The notes under the pieces are model-generated. The model was given only the letters and a program-made list of their open reading frames with translations, did not search any database and had not been told where the DNA came from. DNA of 64,000 nt from an uncultured delta proteobacterium (GTDB lineage Bacteria > Myxococcota_A > Polyangia > Haliangiales > Haliangiaceae). Below, in pieces: positions 1-12,260 of this stretch. Location of the stretch: positions 2,208,001-2,272,000 of the forward strand of contig CAWKDB010000010.1 in NCBI GenBank assembly GCA_963848295.1, given 5' to 3'. Each line of letters opens with the position of its first letter. Within the stretch, counting starts at the first letter, position 1. The position numbers and the translations under genes were made by a program.

Positions 1-1504
1 CCGATGTCGTCATGTGACCCCGACCTCCGAGCAGCCCGCCGACGACGATGATCCCGCTGATCGCGTTCGTCACGCTCATCAACGGCGTGTGGAGCGCCGG
101 CGTCACGTTCCACACGACCTGGAACCCGACGAACACCGCCATCACGAACACCGTGATGTGCTGGAGCAGCACGTACGTGTCACCCGATGCAGCGGCGTCG
201 GCCTTGCCGTAGCGCAAGCCGAGCCACACCGCGGCGAGCACGAGGCCGATCACGCTGAGCGCGACGCCTTGCGCCTTCGACGGTGCCCTGTGCGCGGGGC
301 CGTGGCTCGACTTCGGCGTCGGCAGGCCGACGGTCAGCGGCTTCGGCGTCTCGGCCGGCTTCGCCGCGACGGGCGCGGGCGCGGCCTTGTGCGGCATCGG
401 CGGTGCAGGCCACTTCTTGTCGCCGGCTTGCAGCACGAGCGCCGGGCGAATCGCATCGTTGTCGAGATCGATCTTCCAGCCGGTCGCGCCGCCCATCTCG
501 TCGAGGAAGTGCAGCAAGTTCATGCCGTACAGATCGCTCGCCACCGACGCCATCCGGCTCGGCAGATCGGTGTAGCCCACGATCGACACGCCGTGCTCGA
601 CCACGACCTCGCCCGGCACGGTGTATTCGCAGTTGCCGCCCTTTTCGGCGGCGAGGTCGACGACGACCGAGCCCGGCTTCATCAGCTCGACCATGTCCTT
701 CAACCACAGCTTCGGCGCGGGCTTGCCCGGGATCAGCGCGGTCGTGATCACGATGTCGACTTCTTTGGCTTGCGCGCGGAACAGCGCGTACTCGGCGTCG
801 AGGAACTCCTGGCTCATTTGCTTGGCGTAGCCACCCGCGCCGTCGCCCGATTCCTTGATGGTGACGGTCAGGAACTCGCCGCCGAGCGACTTGATCTGCT
901 CTTCGACCGCGGCGCGCACGTCGAACGCGCGCACGATCGCGCCGAGACCCTTCGCCGCGCCGAGCGCCGATAACCCGGCGACCCCCGCGCCGATGATCAG
1001 CACCTTCGCCGGCGGGACCTTGCCGGCGGCGGTGAACTGTCCGGTGAAGAAGCTGCCGAACCGGTTCGCGCCCTCGAGCACGGCGCGGTAACCGGAGATG
1101 TTCGCCATCGACGACAGCGCGTCCATCTTCTGCGCGCGGCTGATCCGCGGCACGCAGTCCATCGCGAGCACCGTGAGCTTGCGCGCGGCGAGCTGGGCGA
1201 CGAGCGCTTCATTCTCCGCCGGAAACAAGAACGAGATCAGCGTGCCGCCTTCGCGCAGCTGATCGACCTCTTCGGGCTCGGGCGCGCGCACCTTGAGCAC
1301 GATGTCGGCGTGCCAGGCGGCGGCGCGCTCGGCGATCGTCGCCCCGGCCGCGACGTACATCGCGTCGGTGAAGTTCGCGGCGAAGCCCGCATCGTGCTCG
1401 ACCGCGACCTGCCAACCCGCCTTGACCCATTTCGCGACCACGTTCGGCGATGCCGCGACGCGCCGCTCTTCCCGCTTCGTCTCTCTAACGATGCCTAACT
1501 GCAT
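1..1504 (-). CDS. pntA: NAD(P) transhydrogenase subunit alpha (3' end outside the window)
   Basis: Hand translation from the ATG at 1504 gives [20 protein letters not shown]..., [28 protein letters not shown] and [22 protein letters not shown]. It is absent from the ORF track because the stop lies outside the window. Confidence 0.95.
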   Translation of the reverse strand, partial: MQLGIVRETKREERRVAASPNVVAKWVKAGWQVAVEHDAGFAANFTDAMYVAAGATIAERAAAWHADIVLKVRAPEPEEVDQLREGGTLISFLFPAENEALVAQLAARKLTVLAMDCVPRISRAQKMDALSSMANISGYRAVLEGANRFGSFFTGQFTAAGKVPPAKVLIIGAGVAGLSALGAAKGLGAIVRAFDVRAAVEEQIKSLGGEFLTVTIKESGDGAGGYAKQMSQEFLDAEYALFRAQAKEVDIVITTALIPGKPAPKLWLKDMVELMKPGSVVVDLAAEKGGNCEYTVPGEVVVEHGVSIVGYTDLPSRMASVASDLYGMNLLHFLDEMGGATGWKIDLDNDAIRPALVLQAGDKKWPAPPMPHKAAPAPVAAKPAETPKPLTVGLPTPKSSHGPAHRAPSKAQGVALSVIGLVLAAVWLGLRYGKADAAASGDTYVLLQHITVFVMAVFVGFQVVWNVTPALHTPLMSVTNAISGIIVVGGLLGGRGHMTTS

Positions 1505-1580
1505 GCGGCGCCCGGAGGTTGCCAAACCGCGGGAAGAAGCGAAAGGGCCGGGCCCGGAAACCTCGTGATCGGTTACGTTC

Positions 1581-2525
1581 TTGCCGGTGCAGCCGCTCGT
1601 GATCGCGGGCGTGGTCATTCACCGCGTGGTCGTGCCTCACCCGCTGCTCGGCCTCGCCCACGAGCTCGAGCACCGCGGTGTGATCGCGACCGCGATGTCC
1701 GCGATCGATTGGGATCGACCGACCCAGATTCCGACCGTCGCCGAGCCGGGCAAGCTGCCGCCGGGCTCGGGCGGCGCGATCCTCAACGCGATCGCGGCGC
1801 GCGCCGTCGCGGCCGGCGTTCCGGCGCTGCGCTACGCGGGGCCGTATCCGACCGCGGCGCTGTGGCGAGCGCTGGCGCGATCGTTTCACACCGACGCCGA
1901 CGAGGCGGCGTTCACCGCCGATGCGCTCGGCCGCGCGCTGCGCTTGGCTCGCGACGAGCTGCCGATCGAGTTTCGGCCGGCGCCGCACGAGCGGCGCGCC
2001 ATCGCGTGCGGGTTCGTCGAGTGGCGCGACGGTCCGCTGCGCGCGGTGATCGACAACGCGGCGTACGAGCGCGGCGGATCGCCCGCGCGCCTCGTCGCGA
2101 TCGAGACCGGCTGGGCGGCCGAGCTGTGGTTCGGCGATGCCGCGTGGAGCCGAGTCGCGGAGCTCGGCGAGGATGGCGCGCTCGTCGCGGGGCCGTGGCC
2201 GATCGAGCGGGTCGCGAGTGACGTCGTCGGCCGCGAGTTTCCTGTCGCGTTGCGCGCCGCGCTCGCCGAGCTCGTCTCCGACGCGGTCCCCGCGGTGCTC
2301 GCCGCCGATGCACGTTCCGCGATCGCGGACCGGCCGATCGTCTGGGCGGATCTCGGAGCGCGCACCGCCCGCGCTCGCCCTGAACGCGGCGGTTTCGAGG
2401 TTCACGCCGCGTTGTGGGTGCGAATTGCCCCACTCGGCCTCGCTCGGCTCGCACTTGCGATCGCGGAGGCGCTCGCACCGATCGTCGCGAGCGCGCTGGT
2501 CGCCGAGATCACCGCGCCTGCGTGA
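1581..2525 (+). CDS. hypothetical protein
   Basis: 314-aa ORF with genome-typical codon usage; no recognised motif. Confidence 0.7.
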   Translation: MPVQPLVIAGVVIHRVVVPHPLLGLAHELEHRGVIATAMSAIDWDRPTQIPTVAEPGKLPPGSGGAILNAIAARAVAAGVPALRYAGPYPTAALWRALARSFHTDADEAAFTADALGRALRLARDELPIEFRPAPHERRAIACGFVEWRDGPLRAVIDNAAYERGGSPARLVAIETGWAAELWFGDAAWSRVAELGEDGALVAGPWPIERVASDVVGREFPVALRAALAELVSDAVPAVLAADARSAIADRPIVWADLGARTARARPERGGFEVHAALWVRIAPLGLARLALAIAEALAPIVASALVAEITAPA

Positions 2526-2555
2526 TAGATTTTCGAGACGCTTGGGAGGATCTCG

Positions 2556-2984
2556 ATGATTCGCCTTGTCTCGATCGCGATCCGTGTCGCGCTCGCCGCG
2601 GCAGCCGTTTCAGCGACCGATTGTGGCCCAGCCGCACCTGCGGAGAACCATGCGGCGCGCAACGGCTACGGCTATCTCGGCGAACGCGTCGTCCACGGCG
2701 GCGGCCAAGAGGTCCACGAGGCGATCGCCGGCCTGCGCGAAGATGGATCCTTCACGTCGATCATGCTCGTGGTCGAGGACGCGCCGGTCGAGATGGATCG
2801 CGTCGTGCTCACGTTCGCCGATGGCCAGAAGCAGGAGGTCGGCACGCGCCTCGTGTTCGGCGCCGATTCGCCTTCGCGCGAGATTCCGCTCGAGGGTGGC
2901 GCGCGCCACCTGCGCCGCGTCGACTTCGTCCTCAACAACTTGCCGGGCGACGGTCACGCCAAGGTCGAGCTCTGGGGACGCTGA
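2556..2984 (+). CDS. exported beta-sandwich protein (DUF2541/YaaI-like)
   Basis: GGAGG SD, signal peptide, LGERVV...V.LTFADG...SREIPLEGGAR.LRRVDF...KVELWG pattern. Confidence 0.65.
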   Translation: MIRLVSIAIRVALAAAAVSATDCGPAAPAENHAARNGYGYLGERVVHGGGQEVHEAIAGLREDGSFTSIMLVVEDAPVEMDRVVLTFADGQKQEVGTRLVFGADSPSREIPLEGGARHLRRVDFVLNNLPGDGHAKVELWGR

Positions 2985-2987
2985 GCC

Positions 2988-3719
2988 TCAGGCGGCCGCC
3001 GCCGTCATGCCGCCCGTCGCCGCGAAGGCTTCGGGGTCGAGCTCGAATGTCCACTTGCCGCGGCGAGTCGGCTCGTCGAGGGCGAGCCGGAGCAGCTCGA
3101 GATACTCCAGCCGCGGGATCTCGTAAGCGCCGAACCGCTCGAGGTGCTCGGTGTGGACCTGGCAATCGATCAGGCCGATGCTCCACGCATCGAGCTGGCG
3201 GACACACGCGACGTACGCGATCTTCGACGCATCGGGTGCGCGCGCGAACATCGACTCGCCGAAGAACGCCGCGCCGAGCGAGACGCCGTACAGCCCGCCG
3301 ACGAGCTCGTCGCCTCGCCATGCTTCGACCGAATGGGCGAACCCTAGCTCGTGCAACTTCGTGTACGCGTCGACCATCTCGGGGATCAGCCACGTGCCGC
3401 TCTGACCCGGTCGTGGCACCTGCGCACAGCCGCGGAGCACGTCGCCGAATGCGGTGTCGAGCTTGAGCTCGTAGGGACGGCGCTTGATCGCCTTGCGCAA
3501 GCTGCGCTGCACCACGAGATCGCGGGTCGTCATGATCATTCGCGGATCCGGCGAGTGCCACAAGATCGGCAGGTTCTCCGCGTACCAGGGAAAGATGCCC
3601 TGCGTGTACGCGAGCAGCAGGCGCTCCGGTCGCAGATCTCCGCCCAGCGCAAGCAGGCCATCCTCGGCCAGGTGCACGGGCGGAAACACGAGACGGTCGT
3701 CGAGCCGGAAAACCGGCAT
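2988..3719 (-). CDS. aat: leucyl/phenylalanyl-tRNA--protein transferase
   Basis: GLLALGGDL, AYTQGIFPW, WHSPDPR, AHSVEAW, VGGLYGV, FFGESMF, DASKIA, LIDCQ motifs. Confidence 0.97.
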   Translation of the reverse strand: MPVFRLDDRLVFPPVHLAEDGLLALGGDLRPERLLLAYTQGIFPWYAENLPILWHSPDPRMIMTTRDLVVQRSLRKAIKRRPYELKLDTAFGDVLRGCAQVPRPGQSGTWLIPEMVDAYTKLHELGFAHSVEAWRGDELVGGLYGVSLGAAFFGESMFARAPDASKIAYVACVRQLDAWSIGLIDCQVHTEHLERFGAYEIPRLEYLELLRLALDEPTRRGKWTFELDPEAFAATGGMTAAAA

Positions 3720-3766
3720 CGTCAGAGTCTATCCGTCTGGCGGCTGCGCGGTAGAGTCGGCCGGGC

Positions 3767-6700
3767 ATGAGGCGAGGTGTATGCGTGCTCGCCCTGGCGA
3801 TGGGTTGCACCGGCGTCCAGCAGCGCTTCCCCGTCGACGTGCAGACCGCGGTCGTGCACTCGAACATGCACCGGCTCGAGACCGAGCACTTCATCATCTA
3901 TTACCCGGGCGGGCGTCGTACCGAGATCGAGCGATTTCTCGCCCACGCCGACCATTGCGTCAACATCTTGCGCGACAGCGCGTTGATCCACTCCGGCGCG
4001 TGGGCCGAGAAGATGATCCTCGCGATGCCGGACGTCGCGTTCAACAACGCGTTCGTGTTGCCCGAGCTCGCCGGTTACGAGCCGGTGTCGGTCATCCCGC
4101 TGCACTCGACGCTCGATTTCACGACCGAGTTCGGCCTGCCTCCCGATCCGGCGTACATCGCGTGTCACGAGCTCACTCATTACGTTCATCTGCAACAAGT
4201 CAGCGGGCTGTGGAGCTGGATGAACAAGGTGTTCGGCCATCTGTACACGCCGCAAGATGGTTATGACTCGTGGTTTCTCGAGGGCCTCGCGACCCACTAC
4301 GAAGCCGAGCTGCAACCCGGCGTCGGACGGCCGACCTGGCCGACGTTCACCGGCATGTTCGCGGCGGCCTACGCGCACGAGCATCTCGACGGCGGCGACT
4401 TGTCGTCGTACGGCCGGCTCGCGTCGGTCGGTCACAACTATCTCGTCGGCGCGATGTTCGTGCGGTTCCTGACCGAGCGCTCCGGCGACGCCGCGATGTG
4501 GCGAACGATCGCGGATCAGGCGCACGCGGTCACCGGCTGGTTTTTCGCGGGTACGTTTCAAGCGGGCTTCGGGGTGTCGTTTCGTCAACTACTCGCCGAG
4601 TTCGACGTGTGGGCCCACAAGACGTTCCCGGCACGCGATCGGCCGGCGACGCAGCACAAGCTCGTGGTCGTCGGTAACGACGCGCGTTACGCACGCGGTC
4701 GCGACGGCACCGAAGCGTGGATCGCCGATGACGTCGACGTGCCGTCGCGGTTGACGGTGCGCGATCCGCGTGGAGTGACGCTCGCGACGGTCTCGCTCGT
4801 CGACGTGCTGCCGCCGCGCGCGTTGGTCCAAGCCGATCCGCTGCTGATCAGCGGCTTGTCGATCACCGCCGACGGCAACGAGGTGTGGTTCACGGTGATC
4901 GATGTCGACTCGACGTTCGAGATCACGCGGCTCGTGCGCTGGCGCCGCGGCGAACGTAACGTGCACGTCATCGTCAGTGGCTTGGGCTCGGGTGCGACGA
5001 TCGATTCGCGCGGCACGACGTACTACTACTGCGAGGTCGACGGCGATCGCTGGAGCCTCGCCGCTTATGACGTCGCGAGCCATTCGCATCGTGTGATCCA
5101 CGCGATGGTGCCCGGGAGCTACGTGCTCGCGGCGCAGATCTCTGCCGATGACAAGCGCATCGTCGCCGACGTGTGGGACGGCTCGCAGTTCGTCGCGTGG
5201 GTGCTCGATGCGACGACCGGCGAGAAGCAGCGCGAGATCCGGGCGCGGGACACGCTGCCGGTGTGGGACGCGAGCTTCACGAGCGACGGCCGCGTGATGT
5301 GGCTCGGCGTCTCGGCCGGTCGCTTTCAGGTCACGATCGAAGGCGCGATCGTCAGCGATGCGCCGTACAGCGCGCTCGCTCCGCGCGAGGCGAATGGCAC
5401 GATTCGCTTTCTCGATCGCGAAGGCTGGGAGTGGGAGCTCGCCGAGATCGCCGCGCCGGTCGAGCCTGTTGGCGCCGGCGCACCCGTCGATCGAACGGCC
5501 CAGCCGTCCGGCGGATCGGCCGATCCGGTCGTGGCCGTGCCGTCGGCGAGCGTGGCGATCCTATCGGACAAGCCGTACAGCCCGTTCGAGCGCCTGTTCG
5601 TGCCGGACTTGCGATCGCCGACGTTGCTGTTCCTCGCCGCCAACGTCCCGCATCTCGGGTTCGTGATCGGCGGCGGCGATCGCCTCGGTTTTCAGCGCTG
5701 GAGTCTCGCCGGATATTGGCAGCCCGCGATCGGTGCAGCCTCGACGAAGGAGCACTTCGGCGGCGACGTCTCGTACCTCAACACGATGCTCGCGCCGTGG
5801 CAGCTCGTCGCGGACGCGAGCATCATCGACTGGGTCGATCCGATCTACAGTGATACGTCCGACGCCAAGCCGATCCCCGACGAGCGCCGCACCCGCGGCG
5901 TGACCCTGTCGGCGGTCCGCACGTTCCGCGATCAGCTCACCGTCGCGGTCGAAGGCATCTACACCGACGACACCGACGCACCATCCGGTCAGCCGTCGCT
6001 GCGCCGTCACCTCGGCGGCCCGAGCTTCACGCTCGACTGGGTCTCCGGCGAATCGACCCGCTACACCGGGTTGCGGCGCGCGTTGCTGGTGTCGGCCGAC
6101 GCCGGGTATTACCCGGCCGCGCTGTCGACGTTCGAGCAGCCGCTCGTCGACGTCGGCGGATCGATCGGCGCGATCGTGCCGCTGCCGTTCGGTCGGCGCC
6201 ACACGTTGTCGATCTCCGTGCGCGGCCGAGAGCTCGTCACCCACGATCAGACCGGTTTGCTCCAGCTCGGCGGTGACTCCGGCTACCTCACGCTATGGAA
6301 TCGCACATCGTCCGCGATGACGCCGCCGAAGTTCGATGACAGCCGGTTCCCGCCGAACTTGCAGTTCGTCGAACCGTTGCGCGGCTACGAGGACTACGCG
6401 ATCACGACCGATCGCATCGAAGCGACCGACGTCTCGTGGCGTTATCCGTTGATCATCGACCGTGGCGTCGCCGCGACCGCGAACAAGCTCCCGGCGTCGT
6501 TCGTCAGCGAGATCGACTTCGAGCTGTTCGGCTCGGGCGCTCGCGATAGCGCCGGCAGTCTCCACGCCGCGACGGGCTTCGCCGCGACGCTCGAGATCCA
6601 GGTGCTGCGCATCCCGATGCTCGTCACCTATCAGATCGCCCGCCGGCTCGAAGACGATCACGCGATCACGCAGCTGTTCGGGATCGCGCCGAACATCTAA
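3767..6700 (+). CDS. large outer-membrane lipoprotein: zincin peptidase domain + TolB-like propeller + beta-barrel-like C-terminus
   Basis: Lipobox LAMGC; HELTH followed by EGLATHYE (gluzincin); propeller-like repeats (ISADDKR, FTSDGR); amphipathic C-terminal strands with LRGY. Confidence 0.7.
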   Translation: MRRGVCVLALAMGCTGVQQRFPVDVQTAVVHSNMHRLETEHFIIYYPGGRRTEIERFLAHADHCVNILRDSALIHSGAWAEKMILAMPDVAFNNAFVLPELAGYEPVSVIPLHSTLDFTTEFGLPPDPAYIACHELTHYVHLQQVSGLWSWMNKVFGHLYTPQDGYDSWFLEGLATHYEAELQPGVGRPTWPTFTGMFAAAYAHEHLDGGDLSSYGRLASVGHNYLVGAMFVRFLTERSGDAAMWRTIADQAHAVTGWFFAGTFQAGFGVSFRQLLAEFDVWAHKTFPARDRPATQHKLVVVGNDARYARGRDGTEAWIADDVDVPSRLTVRDPRGVTLATVSLVDVLPPRALVQADPLLISGLSITADGNEVWFTVIDVDSTFEITRLVRWRRGERNVHVIVSGLGSGATIDSRGTTYYYCEVDGDRWSLAAYDVASHSHRVIHAMVPGSYVLAAQISADDKRIVADVWDGSQFVAWVLDATTGEKQREIRARDTLPVWDASFTSDGRVMWLGVSAGRFQVTIEGAIVSDAPYSALAPREANGTIRFLDREGWEWELAEIAAPVEPVGAGAPVDRTAQPSGGSADPVVAVPSASVAILSDKPYSPFERLFVPDLRSPTLLFLAANVPHLGFVIGGGDRLGFQRWSLAGYWQPAIGAASTKEHFGGDVSYLNTMLAPWQLVADASIIDWVDPIYSDTSDAKPIPDERRTRGVTLSAVRTFRDQLTVAVEGIYTDDTDAPSGQPSLRRHLGGPSFTLDWVSGESTRYTGLRRALLVSADAGYYPAALSTFEQPLVDVGGSIGAIVPLPFGRRHTLSISVRGRELVTHDQTGLLQLGGDSGYLTLWNRTSSAMTPPKFDDSRFPPNLQFVEPLRGYEDYAITTDRIEATDVSWRYPLIIDRGVAATANKLPASFVSEIDFELFGSGARDSAGSLHAATGFAATLEIQVLRIPMLVTYQIARRLEDDHAITQLFGIAPNI

Positions 6701-6754
6701 TCCCGGCGCGAGGCGTTGCCGCACCGGTAGCATCTGTGGTGGCATCCAACCACC

Positions 6755-7438
6755 GTGTCCTGGCCGTCTCGCTACCTCCGCTCGTCGATCGGCGGGAAGC
6801 ACGTGATGGCCGTCACCGGCCTGCTCCTGCTGCTGTTCGCGCTGTTCCACATGCTCGGACATCTCCAGATGTTCGGCGGGCGAGACATGTACAACGGCTA
6901 CGCGCACTTCCTGCAGGAGCTGTGGGAGGTCAAGTGGCCGGTGCGGGTCGGGTTGCTCGCGCTACTCGGCATCCACGTCGTCGTCGCGCTGTCGCTCGTC
7001 GCGCGCAACCGGGCGGCGCGGCCAACGCCGTACGCGGTGTATCGCCCCGTCGTGTCGCGCGTCGCGGGACGGACGATGGCGATCTCCGGGTTGGTCGTGC
7101 TCGTGTTTCTGATCTTTCACATCTTGCACTACACGCTCGGCCAGGTTCAGCCCGAGTACTTCCACCAGCTCGACCCCAAAGGCCGTTACGACGCGTACAC
7201 GATGTTCGTGCGCGGGTTCCAGAACCCCGGCATCTACGCGGTCTACCTCGTCGGCATCGGCTTGCTCGCGACGCACCTCGGGCACGGCGCGTCGTCGTGG
7301 CTGCAGTCTCTCGGGCTGCGCCATCCGAAATATCCGACCGACCGTACCGGGCCCTTGGTCTCGCTCGTGTTGTTCGTCGGCTACATGATCCCGCCGACGG
7401 CGGTGTTGATCGGCATCATCAAGTTGCCCGGGGCGTGA
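6755..7438 (+). CDS. sdhC: succinate dehydrogenase cytochrome b subunit
   Basis: [19 protein letters not shown], heme His residues in TM helices; lies upstream of sdhA. Confidence 0.93.
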   Translation: MSWPSRYLRSSIGGKHVMAVTGLLLLLFALFHMLGHLQMFGGRDMYNGYAHFLQELWEVKWPVRVGLLALLGIHVVVALSLVARNRAARPTPYAVYRPVVSRVAGRTMAISGLVVLVFLIFHILHYTLGQVQPEYFHQLDPKGRYDAYTMFVRGFQNPGIYAVYLVGIGLLATHLGHGASSWLQSLGLRHPKYPTDRTGPLVSLVLFVGYMIPPTAVLIGIIKLPGA

Positions 7439-7439
7439 C

Positions 7440-9362
<1,923 letters not shown>

Positions 9363-9363
<1 letters not shown>

Positions 9364-10148
9364 TGAGCGAAGCGAAGCAGTTGAAGCTCACGCTCCACGT
9401 CTGGCGCCAGCAAGACGCGAAGTCGACCGGTGGGTTCAAGACGTACGAGGTCGCCGGCGTGTCGACCCACGCTTCGTTCCTCGAGATGCTCGATATCTTG
9501 AACGAGCAACTGGTCGCCAAAGGCGAGGAGCCGATCGCGTTCGATCACGATTGCCGCGAAGGCATCTGCGGCATGTGCTCGCTGATGATCAACGGCCGTC
9601 CGCACGGCGGTAACAAGGCGACGACGACGTGCCAGCTTCACATGCGGTTCTTCAACGACGGCGACGCGATCTGGATCGAGCCGTGGCGCGCCGCCGCGTT
9701 TCCCGTGGTCAAGGACCTGTGCGTCGACCGCCGAGCGTTCGATCGCGTGATCGCGGCCGGTGGGTTCATCACCGCGAACGTCGGCTCGGCATGCGACGCG
9801 AATGCGACGCTCGTTCCTAAACAATCCGCGGACGCGGCGATGGATGCGGCGGCGTGCATCGGTTGCGGCGCGTGCGTCGCGGCATGCCCGAACGGCTCGG
9901 CGATGTTGTTTGTCGCCGCGAAGCTGTCGCACATGCATCGCTTGCCGCAAGGTCAGGCCGAGCGCGCGCACCGCACCGATGCGATGGTCACCGCGATGGA
10001 CGCCGCCGGCTTTGGCAACTGCTCGAACCACTACGAGTGCGAAGCCGCGTGCCCGAAGGACATCAGCCGCGACGTGATCGCAGAGCTGAACCGCCAGTAC
10101 GCGAAGTCGCTGCTGTTCGCGCGCGATCGCGTCCACAAAGCCGACTGA
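9363..10148 (+). CDS. sdhB: succinate dehydrogenase iron-sulfur subunit
   Basis: [21 protein letters not shown] and [12 protein letters not shown]e-S motifs. Confidence 0.96.
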
Positions 10149-10149
10149 T

Positions 10150-11238
10150 TTAGTCGACTCGAGCGACGGTGCCCGGGCCGGCGACTTCGTCGATCGCGTG
10201 GACGAGCAACTGGAGCGTATCGGTCGGGCGTAGGTTCGCGCGCAAGCCCGCGCCTTCGGCGATCCAATAGGCTCGCCGCCGCCACGGATATGTCCCTTCG
10301 CGCGCGATCAGCGCGATCCGGACGCAGCCGGCCTTGCGCGCGTCGTCGAGGATCGCTCGCGCTTCGGCCAGGGTCGTGTCCGGCCGCATGTGCAACGCGA
10401 TGACGTCGGAGTTGCCGCGCAGATCGCGCAACACGTCGATCCGCTGCTGATTCGGACCGTACTTGTGGCCACCGATCACGAGCTCGCCCTGGCGCGTGAA
10501 CTCGGCCTCGGGCAGGTCGGGGTCTTCTTCGGAGGCGGCGCCCGCGATCGGCCAATTCGCCGGATCGGCGCGGCGCTCGACGTCATCGATCGTGCTGACC
10601 GCGCTGCGATCGAGCTCTTCCCAGCCCAGCACGGCCTGGTGCCAGCCCGGGTCGCTCGAGCACGTCAGACAATCGCCCACCGCGTTGCGCGCACGCTCGG
10701 TCGCGCGGCGGATCGCGAGCGCCTCGACCACCTGGCCCTGATCTTCGGGGACGACGCGTTTGCAATCCGTCGCGAGCACGCCTCCGCACATCCGCTCGAG
10801 GTACGCGCTCGCGCTCTCACCGGGCTTCGGCACGAGCTCGGGCGCTTTCGGATCGCGTATCGAGTTGAGCTCGTCGGCTTCGATCGGGGGCGCGAGCAAG
10901 GTCGGGAACACCGTGAGTGCGAGCTCGGCGATCTGCTCGGCGATCGGCCTGGCCTGCACCGCCTTCATCGGCTCGAGCGCGAGCACGACGAGCTTGAGCT
11001 CGGCCTCGTCGGCGACCGACTTGTCCATGCCCGGGCGCAGCGTCACGACCGTGCGAGCGAGCGTCGCGTATGCAGCCGGTGTGCGCCCGGCCACGACGAA
11101 CGCGTTCACCGCCGCGACGAGCTCGGCGTGATGGTAGTCCTCGCTCGTGCTGCCCGGCTTGACGCCGATCGCGTCCTGGCCGCAGGCGGCGACCAGGAGC
11201 GAGGCGACGAGGCAGGAGCGGATCACGGTTAGCACCAT
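10150..11238 (-). CDS. hypothetical lipoprotein with C-terminal ExbD/TolR-like domain
   Basis: Lipobox VAAC; C-terminal VIALHMRPDTTLAEARAILDDARKAGCVRIAL resembles the ExbD periplasmic domain. Confidence 0.6.
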   Translation of the reverse strand: MVLTVIRSCLVASLLVAACGQDAIGVKPGSTSEDYHHAELVAAVNAFVVAGRTPAAYATLARTVVTLRPGMDKSVADEAELKLVVLALEPMKAVQARPIAEQIAELALTVFPTLLAPPIEADELNSIRDPKAPELVPKPGESASAYLERMCGGVLATDCKRVVPEDQGQVVEALAIRRATERARNAVGDCLTCSSDPGWHQAVLGWEELDRSAVSTIDDVERRADPANWPIAGAASEEDPDLPEAEFTRQGELVIGGHKYGPNQQRIDVLRDLRGNSDVIALHMRPDTTLAEARAILDDARKAGCVRIALIAREGTYPWRRRAYWIAEGAGLRANLRPTDTLQLLVHAIDEVAGPGTVARVD

Positions 11239-11262
11239 CGAGTAGCAAGGCGGATGCCGACG

Positions 11263-12222
11263 TCAACCACGTGACGCCGCGGTGACGCATTCGGCCAAAA
11301 CCGCACGATCGAGGTCCCGCCCGAGCGCCACGAGCCTACCGCGCTCACCGAAGCCCGGCGGCTTCGCGTCCAGGAGCTCGATCGAGACTCGCAGCCCCAC
11401 CCGGTGGAAGGCGAACCAGCCACCGTCGGTGGCCCGCGCGATGCCCTTGATCCGGACGTAGCTCGCCGGCAGCTCGCCCAACGCTTCTTCCAACTCTTCG
11501 ACGTCGACCGCGCCCGCCAGCTCGATGCTCATGCTGTCGACTCCGTGTGCACCGTTGTCGGTGTGCCGACAGCTCTCGTCGTGCACGTGGTCGTGGTCGT
11601 GCTCGTGCTCGTCCCCGATCTTCGGATCGACGAGCACCTCCTCGAGCCACTGCGCGTGCTGCTCGGTCGTCCCGCGCCGGATCATCGCCTTCGGCGCGAG
11701 CACCGCGACCTCGCGCGCCACCGCCGCGACCTCCGCAGCGCCGGCGAGCTCCGCCTTCGAGATCAGCACGACATCGGCGTACGCGACTTGCGCATCGACC
11801 GCCGAGGTCACCGCGCGCGATGCGCGAAAGTTCGCCGCGTCGACGACCGTGACCACCACGGCGAGCCGGACATAGCGATCGACCGGCGCTTTGCGCACCG
11901 CCCACGCGATCTGGATCGGCTCGGCGACCCCGGTGGTCTCGAGCACGATCGCCGACAGATCAGGCGTGCGCTCGACCAGCTCGATCAGCGTCGCGTCGAG
12001 CTTGTCGCCGAGCGCGCAACACACGCAGCCGCCGGGGAGCTCGATCTGGCGCGCCGACTCGCCGCCGAGCAGCGCACCGTCGATGCCGATCGCCCCGAGC
12101 TCGTTGACGATGACGCCGATCTTGTTCCGCGCATGCTCGGCGGCACGGCGCGCGAGCAAGCGATTCACGAGCGTGGTCTTGCCCGCGCCGAGAAACCCGG
12201 TCACGACGACCAGCGGCACCAT
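11263..12222 (-). CDS. CobW/P47K (COG0523) GTPase metallochaperone
   Basis: VTGFLGAGKTT, IVNELG, GGCVCC, ETTGVAEP, His-rich HEHDHDHVH and RIKG. Start moved to the ATG at 12222. Confidence 0.93.
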   Translation of the reverse strand: MVPLVVVTGFLGAGKTTLVNRLLARRAAEHARNKIGVIVNELGAIGIDGALLGGESARQIELPGGCVCCALGDKLDATLIELVERTPDLSAIVLETTGVAEPIQIAWAVRKAPVDRYVRLAVVVTVVDAANFRASRAVTSAVDAQVAYADVVLISKAELAGAAEVAAVAREVAVLAPKAMIRRGTTEQHAQWLEEVLVDPKIGDEHEHDHDHVHDESCRHTDNGAHGVDSMSIELAGAVDVEELEEALGELPASYVRIKGIARATDGGWFAFHRVGLRVSIELLDAKPPGFGERGRLVALGRDLDRAVLAECVTAASRG

Positions 12223-12260
12223 CCACCCAACATAGCGCGATCGGCTACGATGCCCCAGCG

